Below are positions 34,171-42,376 of a DNA stretch of 64,000 nt, piece after piece. The number at the start of each line of letters is the position of its first letter. Position 1 is the first letter of the stretch. The translations under genes and the position numbers were made by a program. This stretch comes from Candidatus Enterousia sp. Lineage in GTDB: Bacteria > Pseudomonadota > Alphaproteobacteria > Rs-D84. Where the stretch lies: assembly GCA_045646625.1 (NCBI GenBank), contig JAZRLB010000019.1, forward strand, positions 13,396 through 77,395. Reading direction: 5' to 3'. Below the pieces are notes generated by a model, which was not told where the DNA came from, made no database searches, and worked only from the letters and a program-made list of their open reading frames with translations.

Positions 34171-35691
34171 ATGTTTACAATAAAAGGCAAAACGTGTGAT
34201 TGGGAACTGGTAATTGGGCTGGAAACCCATATCGAAGTACTGTCCGAATCGAAATTATTCAGCGGCGCATCTGCAGACTATAATCCAACAGTTGCCCCCA
34301 ACACCCAGGTATCAATGGTTGACGTTGCAATGCCGGGCATGTTGCCTGTATTGAATAAATATTGTGTTGACCAGGCCATTAAATTCGGCCTTGGCATTAA
34401 CGCTGAAATTTCCAGAACCAGTCGTTTTGCCCGTAAACAGTATTTTTACCCTGACCTGCCCCAGGGGTACCAGATTTCACAACCTGCTGACGAAGCACCG
34501 GTTGTTGGTCGTGGCTGGGTTGAAATTATGGGCGACGATGGCAATCCTAAAAAGATTTTCATTGAACGTGCACACCTGGAACAGGATGCTGGTAAATTAA
34601 AACACGATGTTCATCCGACAAAATCATTTGCAGACTATAACCGCACAGGTGTTGCATTATTGGAAATAGTCACTTTCCTGGATACAAAAAATCCAGAAAA
34701 CAATTCTTATATTTCATCGCCCGACGAAGCGGAACGTTATCTGCGTGAAATCCGTGAAATCGCACGTGCACTGGGTGTATCCAAGGCCAATATGGAAGAA
34801 GGCTCTATGCGCGCTGACGTCAACGTTTCCGTACGCCCTGTTGGTTCAACCGAGTTCCGGACCCGTACAGAAACAAAAAATATGGTTTCATTTAAATTTA
34901 TTAAAACTGCAATTGAATACGAAGCACGCCGACAAATTGAAGCATACGAAAATGGCGGCACCGTCACCCAAGACACAATGCGTTATAACCAAGGCGAAGG
35001 TACAACATCCGTTATGCGCAGCAAAGAAGATGCCCTGGACTATCGTTATTTCCCAGATCCGGATCTGTTACCAATTGTAATTACAGACGAACAAATTGAA
35101 CGCATTCGCGCCACTATGCCGGAATTACCATCTGCAACCCGCGCGCGCTATACGCACGAATTTGGGCTTTCTGAATATGACGCGGCACGTTTAACCGAAA
35201 CAACCGATATATCACATTGGTTTGACACAGCGGTTAACGGCAACACAAAACGCGCAAAACCAATTGCAAACTGGATGATTTCTGAATTATTCGCACATCC
35301 TGAAAACTGGGATGTAAAAAACGAAAAATCCGGCATTGTGGATGAAATGCGCATTATCACACCATCTGACCTGGCAGAATTGGTTGATATGTTGGCCGAA
35401 AACACAATCAACGGTAAACAGGCCAAAGAAATCTTTATCAAAATGCTGGACGGCGAATCGGGCACACCACGTGAAATTGCCGACAAATTTGGTATGAAGC
35501 AAATGACCGACACCGGCGCAATCGAAGCCATTGTTGACGAAGTCATTACTGCCAACCCATCCCAGGTTGAACAATATAAATCAGGCAAAGTTGGCTTGCT
35601 AGGCTTCTTTGTCGGGGGTGTAATGAAGAAAACAGGTGGTACCGCAAACCCAGCTGTCGTAAACGAAATTCTACGAAACAAACTTGCATAA
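34171..35691 (+). CDS. gatB: Asp/Glu-tRNA amidotransferase subunit B
   Basis: WELVIGLETHIEV..., KQYFYPDLPQGYQISQ, and C-terminal YqeY-like tail. Confidence 0.93.
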   Translation: MFTIKGKTCDWELVIGLETHIEVLSESKLFSGASADYNPTVAPNTQVSMVDVAMPGMLPVLNKYCVDQAIKFGLGINAEISRTSRFARKQYFYPDLPQGYQISQPADEAPVVGRGWVEIMGDDGNPKKIFIERAHLEQDAGKLKHDVHPTKSFADYNRTGVALLEIVTFLDTKNPENNSYISSPDEAERYLREIREIARALGVSKANMEEGSMRADVNVSVRPVGSTEFRTRTETKNMVSFKFIKTAIEYEARRQIEAYENGGTVTQDTMRYNQGEGTTSVMRSKEDALDYRYFPDPDLLPIVITDEQIERIRATMPELPSATRARYTHEFGLSEYDAARLTETTDISHWFDTAVNGNTKRAKPIANWMISELFAHPENWDVKNEKSGIVDEMRIITPSDLAELVDMLAENTINGKQAKEIFIKMLDGESGTPREIADKFGMKQMTDTGAIEAIVDEVITANPSQVEQYKSGKVGLLGFFVGGVMKKTGGTANPAVVNEILRNKLA

Positions 35692-35709
35692 CAACCAAAA
35701 GGGAAAAAA

Positions 35710-35901
35710 ATGTCAAAGAAAAGCACTATAAAAGTTATTGGAATCACAGAAAACAATTGCATCACCGGCATACAATACGGCCTGGTTGAAATCACCGTCG
35801 ATTCTGAAAAACTGCCTGTACCACACGTTGCAAAAAACTATCAAAAAAAACAGCGTCAAATTATCAAAATGCTGAATAATAAGCGCACAAAAAGCAAATA
35901 A
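35710..35901 (+). CDS. Small hypothetical protein (63 aa, basic tail)
   Basis: The ORF has AAAGGGAAA upstream. It directly abuts a second small ORF. Confidence 0.35.
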   Translation: MSKKSTIKVIGITENNCITGIQYGLVEITVDSEKLPVPHVAKNYQKKQRQIIKMLNNKRTKSK

Positions 35902-36072
35902 ATGTATCACGATCTTGCAAAAACTTTACGGGAAATGGCGCACGCCGAAGCGCAAACCGTTATATCAAAACGGCAAATGCGCTATCGACTGCGTCACTGG
36001 CAACATGCACAAAAAATTTTTAACAAAAATAAAAACAATCAAATTTGTTCAAGAAATACGAAACAAAAATAA
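35902..36072 (+). CDS. Small hypothetical protein (56 aa, Arg/Lys-rich)
   Basis: Hand-translated MYHDLAKTLREMAHAEAQTVISKRQMRYRLRHWQHAQKIF... The ATG immediately follows the previous TAA. Below the ORF-track cutoff. Confidence 0.3.
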   Translation: MYHDLAKTLREMAHAEAQTVISKRQMRYRLRHWQHAQKIFNKNKNNQICSRNTKQK

Positions 36073-36081
36073 AGCATAAAA

Positions 36082-37380
36082 ATGAAAAAATTCTTTATCC
36101 AAACCTTTGGCTGTCAAATGAATGTCTATGACGGATGGCGAATCGCCGCAATGCTTGAACACCGTGGATTCGTGCGTACAGACGAAGTTTCTGACGCAGA
36201 CATCATTATCTTAAACACATGCGCCGTCCGTGCCAAAGCAACCGATAAAGTTTTTTCTGCACTGGGGCGCATTCGACGCGCAAAAAAACCAAATGCCCTG
36301 TTTGGCATTGTTGGCTGCGTCGCACGCGAAGCGGGCGCGGATGCGTTTCGCCGAATTCCCGATTTAAACTTTGTTTTAGGCCCACAAAGCTATCACAAAC
36401 TGCCAGAAATTCTGGAAAATCCGGACGCTCGTCTGTTAAACATTGACCTGGGCGGACTTGAAAAATTTGACGAGTTGCCACAAATGGAACGCAGTCCACG
36501 CGTTGCATACATTCCAATCCAAGAAGGTTGCAACCACGTCTGCACATACTGCATTGTACCATACACACGTGGACGCGAAATTTCACGTTCATTCGAATCG
36601 GTAATGGCGGAAACTTTGCACGCTGCAAAAACAGGCGCCATTGAAATTTGTTTTCTAGGGCAAAACGTTAACGGTTATAAATACACAGATAAAAATGGCA
36701 TTTTATATCGCCTGTCGGACTTAATTCGCGAAACCGCAAAAATCCCAGAAATAATGCGTATACGCTTTACATCCAGTTATCCAACAGAAATGACAGATGA
36801 CCTGATTGATATGTTCCGCACCGAACCAAAACTATTGCCGTTTTTAAATATGCCAATCCAAAGTGGATCACAAAATGTTCTGACCCGTATGAACAGACCT
36901 TACTCATTAGAACTGTACTGCGACATCATTCACAAATTAAAATTGGCCCGTCCAGACATTCAAATATCATCAGACTTTATCGTAGGGTTCCCTGGCGAAA
37001 CCGATTCGGATTTTGAAGCGACGATGCGTATTGCCGAAAAAATAAAATACATTAATTCATACTCGTTCAAATATTCACCACGCCCACATACCGCGGCGGC
37101 ATTAATGTCCGAACAAATCCCAGAAAGCATCAAGGCCGCACGTCTGGCAAAACTGGATACATATTTAAACGAAGTTCAACGTGATTTTAACGAAAGCTGC
37201 ATTGACAAAACATTATCCTGCCTTCTGGAAGGCGCCGACAAAACCGGTCGCCACCTGGTATATCGCACACCATTTATGCAACAATGCATCGTTGAATTCC
37301 GTGACAACGCCCCCGAATTAGCCGACATAAAAATAACGGCCGCAAACAAAGCGTCATTACGCGGAAAATTTATCGATTAA
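36082..37380 (+). CDS. miaB: tRNA-i6A37 methylthiotransferase MiaB
   Basis: UPF0004 N-domain (TFGCQMNVYD), radical-SAM CNHVCTYCIVP, and TRAM C-terminus. Confidence 0.92.
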   Translation: MKKFFIQTFGCQMNVYDGWRIAAMLEHRGFVRTDEVSDADIIILNTCAVRAKATDKVFSALGRIRRAKKPNALFGIVGCVAREAGADAFRRIPDLNFVLGPQSYHKLPEILENPDARLLNIDLGGLEKFDELPQMERSPRVAYIPIQEGCNHVCTYCIVPYTRGREISRSFESVMAETLHAAKTGAIEICFLGQNVNGYKYTDKNGILYRLSDLIRETAKIPEIMRIRFTSSYPTEMTDDLIDMFRTEPKLLPFLNMPIQSGSQNVLTRMNRPYSLELYCDIIHKLKLARPDIQISSDFIVGFPGETDSDFEATMRIAEKIKYINSYSFKYSPRPHTAAALMSEQIPESIKAARLAKLDTYLNEVQRDFNESCIDKTLSCLLEGADKTGRHLVYRTPFMQQCIVEFRDNAPELADIKITAANKASLRGKFID

Positions 37381-37381
37381 A

Positions 37382-38896
37382 TCAAAACGAAACCCTGGCC
37401 CCAATCGACACCTGGTACGACCAAACATCATTCAAACGCAACGTCGCCAGATTTATATCTGCACCTGCCCCGTCATAGTCAGACCAGAACCCCACACGCG
37501 CGGTTGCCATAATTTTATTGTCTGTATTGGCTGTGGCGCCAAGTGCATAATTATATTTTATACCCAACACCTCATAAGAATATTCCATATCGCCCCCAAC
37601 ACGCACAGCGTAATCAACCCCAGCACAATGTTCAACACCATCACTTGTTATATCAACACCGGCATATGGCGACAGATAAAAAGAATCACCCAAACCATAT
37701 TTATATCCGAAATCAAAACCACCACCAAAATATAGAACCGACGGATTATCTATAACTTTATCATCATAAAACACATCACCAACATTTACATCAATCCTGG
37801 AAAAATCCAGCATCCCACGCAAAAACAAATTATTAACCATCTGATATTTGGCACCCAAATTTATACCATAATACCGCCCATCAAATTCATCAAAATCGCT
37901 TTTATATTCTATTTTTCCACCGTGCACTGCAACACTTAAGTCAACACCAAACAAATACGCATTAACACGCCCACCAACCCCATAGAAGTAAAAATCATCA
38001 GAATATATAAAATCTGCCGTTGTTCTAAATCCATACGTCCAATCCCACGAATTCCTGTAAAACAGACGCATAACCTGACCGACATTACGCAACACATCAG
38101 GATTCAGTCGCACAGACTTATCCATAATCCGATCCAATTCCTTCATATCTGTCGCCGCATCCATTGCGTACAGCAAACCATCATCTGGATTTGTGCGACG
38201 CAGATCATTAAAAAACATCCCCATATCATTCTTGAAAACTTTTTCATAATCAGTTTCCCTTTGGTAACGCACAAACAATTTAGCATCCTCAACAAAGGCA
38301 ACAGCCGCATACAATGGGTCTGTATCACTTGATTCTATACGCACCCGACCATCCCCATAAACATTCCCCAGCAGCATCTGTCCCGACATTCCTGACACGT
38401 CATCCAGCACCAAAACATTATCCCCTATCAACTCGACAGAACGCGCCCCAACCAATGCCCCTAAATCCAGCACAGAATCTTTCAGAACTACGTCACCGGT
38501 TAATTTAATATCTAAAAAACCACCTGCAAACCCATCGAACATCAAAGTATATTCTGTATCACTAACTATCAGATTCAGTTCTTCTACATCAGACACCACT
38601 TGAATAACATCCGCATCCTGTCCCAACAAAAAGGTTGCATCAAAATCCCCACGATTTCTTACATATAAATTACATCCTGAACAAACATGAATTTCCGTAT
38701 CAACGGTTCCATTATTTACAAATTCAATCGCCCTGGAAACATTCAAATAACTTGGCTTAAAAGACACATTTTCATACACCAGCGTATCCGTTCTAACATC
38801 AACAGGCCGTCCATATACATCACCCATAAACGAATCGGCACTGGCCGTCATCATTCCCAACAAATAAACAGCAAAAAATTTTAAAAATACCTTCAT
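37382..38896 (-). CDS. Autotransporter-like outer-membrane protein
   Basis: Signal peptide MKVFLKFFAVYLLGMMTASA. The C-terminal ~250 aa are Gly/Tyr-rich beta-strands ending ..VSIGARVSF. Confidence 0.65.
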   Translation of the reverse strand: MKVFLKFFAVYLLGMMTASADSFMGDVYGRPVDVRTDTLVYENVSFKPSYLNVSRAIEFVNNGTVDTEIHVCSGCNLYVRNRGDFDATFLLGQDADVIQVVSDVEELNLIVSDTEYTLMFDGFAGGFLDIKLTGDVVLKDSVLDLGALVGARSVELIGDNVLVLDDVSGMSGQMLLGNVYGDGRVRIESSDTDPLYAAVAFVEDAKLFVRYQRETDYEKVFKNDMGMFFNDLRRTNPDDGLLYAMDAATDMKELDRIMDKSVRLNPDVLRNVGQVMRLFYRNSWDWTYGFRTTADFIYSDDFYFYGVGGRVNAYLFGVDLSVAVHGGKIEYKSDFDEFDGRYYGINLGAKYQMVNNLFLRGMLDFSRIDVNVGDVFYDDKVIDNPSVLYFGGGFDFGYKYGLGDSFYLSPYAGVDITSDGVEHCAGVDYAVRVGGDMEYSYEVLGIKYNYALGATANTDNKIMATARVGFWSDYDGAGADINLATLRLNDVWSYQVSIGARVSF

Positions 38897-38951
38897 TTCT
38901 TATCTCTGCAGAGACCATAGCAGATAAGAATGTATTCCAAAAGCAAAAAAC

Positions 38952-38978
38952 AAATCCCCCTTTTTCAGGGGGATTTTT
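38952..38978 (-). terminator. Intrinsic terminator after 38994-39551
   Basis: AAATCCCCC-tttttca-GGGGGATTTTT. The minus-strand hairpin is followed by TTTGTTTTTT. Confidence 0.75.
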
Positions 38979-38993
38979 CAATCAATGCAAAAA

Positions 38994-39551
38994 TTATTTT
39001 TCCAGCTTGCCCCAACCGGCCTTGTATCCACCATCACGTTCCAGATAGATATTGGCACCATTCAATTGCGCTGCACTTAAACCTTGAATCATATATGTCT
39101 GATCCAGATGACGACTTGTCCCGGCCTGCAACATAGGCAACTGAACATTTATCACCTTGGAATTATTACAACATTTTGCATCGTTATAACAAGCGCTGCA
39201 CTGATACATCTTGACAGTATATGGCACACCAGGTCTTAAATCTTTCAAATCAACCATCATCTTTAAACCGTTATCCGTATCTTTGAATTTAATATGTCCC
39301 ATTTTTGATTCGCCACCACGACTGCTGTGAGTGTACATTTTTGCATAAACGTGATCGACATCTGAATTTTCATATGTCTGATAAACGACAATAGTATCCG
39401 ATGCTTCTACCACTTCAACTGGCTGTGCACGATAATACGCCTTTTTTGGATTATGTTTTTTACCTGGGCATTCCATCATACATCCACTCAGCAATACTGC
39501 CACACCCAGAACAGATGCAACCAATGACATTTTTTTTGTTAAGTTTTTCAT
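38994..39551 (-). CDS. SodC-fold (Cu/Zn-SOD-like) lipoprotein lacking the canonical His ligands
   Basis: Lipobox LLSGC. MGHIKFKDTDNGLKMMVDLKDLRPGVPYTVKMYQCSAC parallels SodC ..IGSVTITETDKGLEF..LPPGEHGFHIHAKGSC, with the His residues replaced. Confidence 0.5.
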   Translation of the reverse strand: MKNLTKKMSLVASVLGVAVLLSGCMMECPGKKHNPKKAYYRAQPVEVVEASDTIVVYQTYENSDVDHVYAKMYTHSSRGGESKMGHIKFKDTDNGLKMMVDLKDLRPGVPYTVKMYQCSACYNDAKCCNNSKVINVQLPMLQAGTSRHLDQTYMIQGLSAAQLNGANIYLERDGGYKAGWGKLEK

Positions 39552-39742
39552 ATTTGTTTCTCCTTTGTTGTTCCGTGTATTTACACAATTCCAGTCTACT
39601 ATAAAACAAAACCACTTACCCCAGGTTTGATTTCCCATTTTCCCAAGAAACAGTGCGTACAGAGAACTTTTGACATCTATCCTATATCAACACAAAAAAC
39701 TTTTTGTTATTTTCAAATTACACACAACCAAAGGACGAAAAA

Positions 39743-40099
39743 ATGTACATACTTATGCAACATTTAATTGCGTTTAAATACGCCTGTAAAATCAATCATT
39801 GGTCCACAGACAATTATTCAAAACATTTGTTGTTTGATCGTCTGTCCGAAGATATCGACACCTGGGTCGATTCGATTTCCGAAAATTATTTTATGGCAAA
39901 TGACAACAAAAAAGTCTTTAAACCCGATATCCTAAATCCAAAATTAATAAATCGAAATTTAGAAAAAATGTGCTTGATTATAATATCTCGCCTAGAAGAA
40001 CTGCAAAATGATGGCGAAACAAACGAAGGTATGAATTCCCTGCTCAGCGCAATCGAAGAAGGTTTTTTGAACAAACTTGCACTTGCCAAACTACTATAA
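39743..40099 (+). CDS. Small Dps/ferritin-like four-helix protein (118 aa)
   Basis: ..KINHWSTDNYSKHLLFDRLSEDIDTWVDSISE.. resembles the Dps HWxVxGxxFxxLHxxFEExY..D.IAE pattern. Confidence 0.45.
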   Translation: MYILMQHLIAFKYACKINHWSTDNYSKHLLFDRLSEDIDTWVDSISENYFMANDNKKVFKPDILNPKLINRNLEKMCLIIISRLEELQNDGETNEGMNSLLSAIEEGFLNKLALAKLL

Positions 40100-40100
40100 G

Positions 40101-40130
40101 AAAACACCCCGCCTGGGCGGGGTGTTTTTT
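40101..40130 (+). terminator. Intrinsic terminator after 39743-40099
   Basis: AAAACACCCCGCC-tg-GGCGGGGTGTTTTTT. Confidence 0.8.
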
Positions 40131-40157
40131 ATAAACAATATTTCTAATATTAACACT

Positions 40158-40186
40158 AAAAAATCCCCGCACTTTGCGGGGATTTT
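40158..40186 (-). terminator. Intrinsic terminator after 40191-40805
   Basis: AAAAAATCCCCGC-acttt-GCGGGGATTTTT. Confidence 0.8.
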
Positions 40187-40190
40187 TATA

Positions 40191-40805
40191 TTAGAACATA
40201 AATCTAATACCTACATCGCCACCAAAGTTATGCAACCCGGACTGGATATCAACATATGTATAGCGTGCCGCAACATCAACTGCGAAACGTTCCATATCGA
40301 ATGTCACACCCATTGTGCCCATTGCAGAAAAGCGTGTCTTGCTTTCGCTATGATGTGGAATAAGGTCGCCATGACGTTTTACATCGGCAAAAGCCATACC
40401 GACGCCCGCACCTACGAACGGTCTTACAACTTTGTACGCGCTGTATTCCCAATAATTATTCCACAACAATGTCTGCATCTTGGTTTCTACATCAATACCA
40501 CCAATGCCTGCGCCAAAATTTTCCTGATCTGACATTTTTCCAAAATAAGACCATTCAATTTCAGAACGTACAGTATCACAAACTTCCAAACCCAAAGCTG
40601 CACGACCTTGGAAAATATAATCTGTCATAGATTCCTTATTGCCTTCATATTTATAGTTCAGGTTTGTATAACTCATACCACCTCTTAAACCAACATATGG
40701 GTCCATACCCCACATAGTCCAACTGCTGCCCTGGTCAGGGTGATTCATTGCGAACGCTGGGCACGCAATCAGCACAGCCAGTGTTGAAATTGCTAACTTT
40801 TTCAT
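40191..40805 (-). CDS. Small outer-membrane beta-barrel protein (Omp25/OmpW-size class)
   Basis: Signal peptide MKKLAISTLAVLIACPAFA. Eight-strand-like pattern ending ..DVGIRFMF. Confidence 0.75.
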   Translation of the reverse strand: MKKLAISTLAVLIACPAFAMNHPDQGSSWTMWGMDPYVGLRGGMSYTNLNYKYEGNKESMTDYIFQGRAALGLEVCDTVRSEIEWSYFGKMSDQENFGAGIGGIDVETKMQTLLWNNYWEYSAYKVVRPFVGAGVGMAFADVKRHGDLIPHHSESKTRFSAMGTMGVTFDMERFAVDVAARYTYVDIQSGLHNFGGDVGIRFMF

Positions 40806-40954
40806 ATTCTCTCCTTTTTGTATTTTTGTTATGTCAAAGTTTCATGTCAACACCCATATTCTATCAATCCAATATAAATATTTATACAGGTATGAATCCC
40901 TGGGAAAACATTCAAAAACAAATAAAAAACGGCCAATAAATGACCGTATATTTC

Positions 40955-41030
40955 TGGTGGACGCGCAGGGACTCGAACCCTGGACCCACTGATTAAGAGT
41001 CAGTTGCTCTACCAACTGAGCTACGCATCC
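40955..41030 (-). tRNA. tRNA-Lys (CUU), CCA encoded
   Basis: Hand fold: acceptor GGATGCG/CGCGTCC, anticodon arm ACTGA-CTCTTAA-TCAGT, T-loop GGTTCGAGTCC, 3' ACCA. Confidence 0.92.
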
Positions 41031-41048
41031 AGAACTAGAACGTCGCAT

Positions 41049-41077
41049 ATTATAGACACAAAAACCACAAAATGCAA
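41049..41077 (-). promoter_or_regulatory. Putative sigma70 promoter of tRNA-Lys
   Basis: Minus strand reads TTGCAT, 17-nt spacer, TATAAT, about 18 nt upstream of the tRNA 5' end. Confidence 0.6.
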
Positions 41078-41085
41078 GTTTTTGT

Positions 41086-42285
41086 TTACATTTCACCACA
41101 CCGCACAGTCATACATTTCGGACGCAGTTCTATATTTTTTATCTCCGCAACATTTTGTGCGCCTGCCAACCACATAACACGCTGCAAATCCTTTTGCAGA
41201 TATTCAAACACAGATTCAACCCCACGCCAACCGCCCAATGCCAATCCATATATCACAGGCCGCCCAATTGCCACAACATCTGCCCCACTGGCAATTGCCT
41301 TGAATATATGCTGACCACGACGGATACCACTGTCGAATATAATCGGCACATGCTTATTTACACGCCTAGCAATTTCTGGCAAAACTTCAAATGCTGCAGG
41401 CGCCCCATCCAATTGACGACCACCGTGATTCGACACCCATATTGCATCTGCACCGGCGGCAATCGCAATCTCAGCATCATCAGGATGCTGAATTCCTTTT
41501 ACAATAACGGGCAACTTTGTCAAAGATTTTACCCTCATAACATCATACGGCGTTAAATCATTTTTTGCCGCCGCAAAGATTGCCCCTATACCCTTGCCTC
41601 CCGAACGCGGAACATTTGGTAAATCCAGTGGAAATTTAAAGTCATTACGCGCATCCCTTACCCGATTACCACCAATTGACGCATCCAGCGTCAATATTAT
41701 TGCGCGATAACCTAAATCTTCAGCAGATTTTATCAATGCCCGATTCGCAACATCATCTTTGCTTAAATACAATTGAAACCATTGTGGTGCACCATTACCC
41801 GCCCCTGCAATTTCAGCCAAAGTTGAACTGGAATAAGTACTGACCGACATAATAGTGCCTGCAGCAGCAACCCCACGCGCACTGCCCGCTTCGGCTGAAA
41901 CATGCGCCAAACCGTGTGCGGCGGCTGGTGCTGCAATCACAGGCAAAGAAATATCAACACCCAAAATACTTGTTCGCGTATCAGGCTTGTCCACCCCTGT
42001 CATCACACGTGGATAAATATCAACCATATCGAATGCTGATTCGTTACGTCGCATTGTATTTTCTGTTTCTGCGCCACCTCGAATATAATCCAGCCCAGCA
42101 ACCGGAATAATTTTCTCTACCCTGTTCTCCAATTCATCTATATCATAAATTATAATTTTTTCATCGCGATTAGATGCCTGATATTCCGACTGCTCAAAAG
42201 TATTCTGCCTATACAGCCGCCCCAGCACCCACACAATCAACAACAAGACCAATATAACAGATAAAATAAAAATCAGTTTTTTCAT
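41086..42285 (-). CDS. FMN-dependent alpha-hydroxy-acid oxidase/dehydrogenase (lactate oxidase-like) with N-terminal TM anchor
   Basis: TIM-barrel FMN motifs (..WFQLY.., ..ILTLDAS.., ..IWVSNHGGRQLDG.., ..DSGIRRG..). N-terminal MKKLIFILSVILVLLLIVWVLG. Confidence 0.8.
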   Translation of the reverse strand: MKKLIFILSVILVLLLIVWVLGRLYRQNTFEQSEYQASNRDEKIIIYDIDELENRVEKIIPVAGLDYIRGGAETENTMRRNESAFDMVDIYPRVMTGVDKPDTRTSILGVDISLPVIAAPAAAHGLAHVSAEAGSARGVAAAGTIMSVSTYSSSTLAEIAGAGNGAPQWFQLYLSKDDVANRALIKSAEDLGYRAIILTLDASIGGNRVRDARNDFKFPLDLPNVPRSGGKGIGAIFAAAKNDLTPYDVMRVKSLTKLPVIVKGIQHPDDAEIAIAAGADAIWVSNHGGRQLDGAPAAFEVLPEIARRVNKHVPIIFDSGIRRGQHIFKAIASGADVVAIGRPVIYGLALGGWRGVESVFEYLQKDLQRVMWLAGAQNVAEIKNIELRPKCMTVRCGEM

Positions 42286-42376
42286 CTTTGCCCCCTTTTC
42301 TTTACAGATTATCAGAAGCAACACAAAAAACTGATTTGACAGTATTCATAAAAACGCCACACAAATGTAGCACACA

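Noticed and set aside
34040-41030. tRNA-Phe and tRNA-Lys as integration sites of a genomic island or prophage
   Set aside because: There is no integrase, no direct repeat of a tRNA 3' end, and no phage or conjugation genes adjacent to either tRNA. The flanks are gatA/gatB, and an OMP gene and lactate-oxidase-like gene, respectively.
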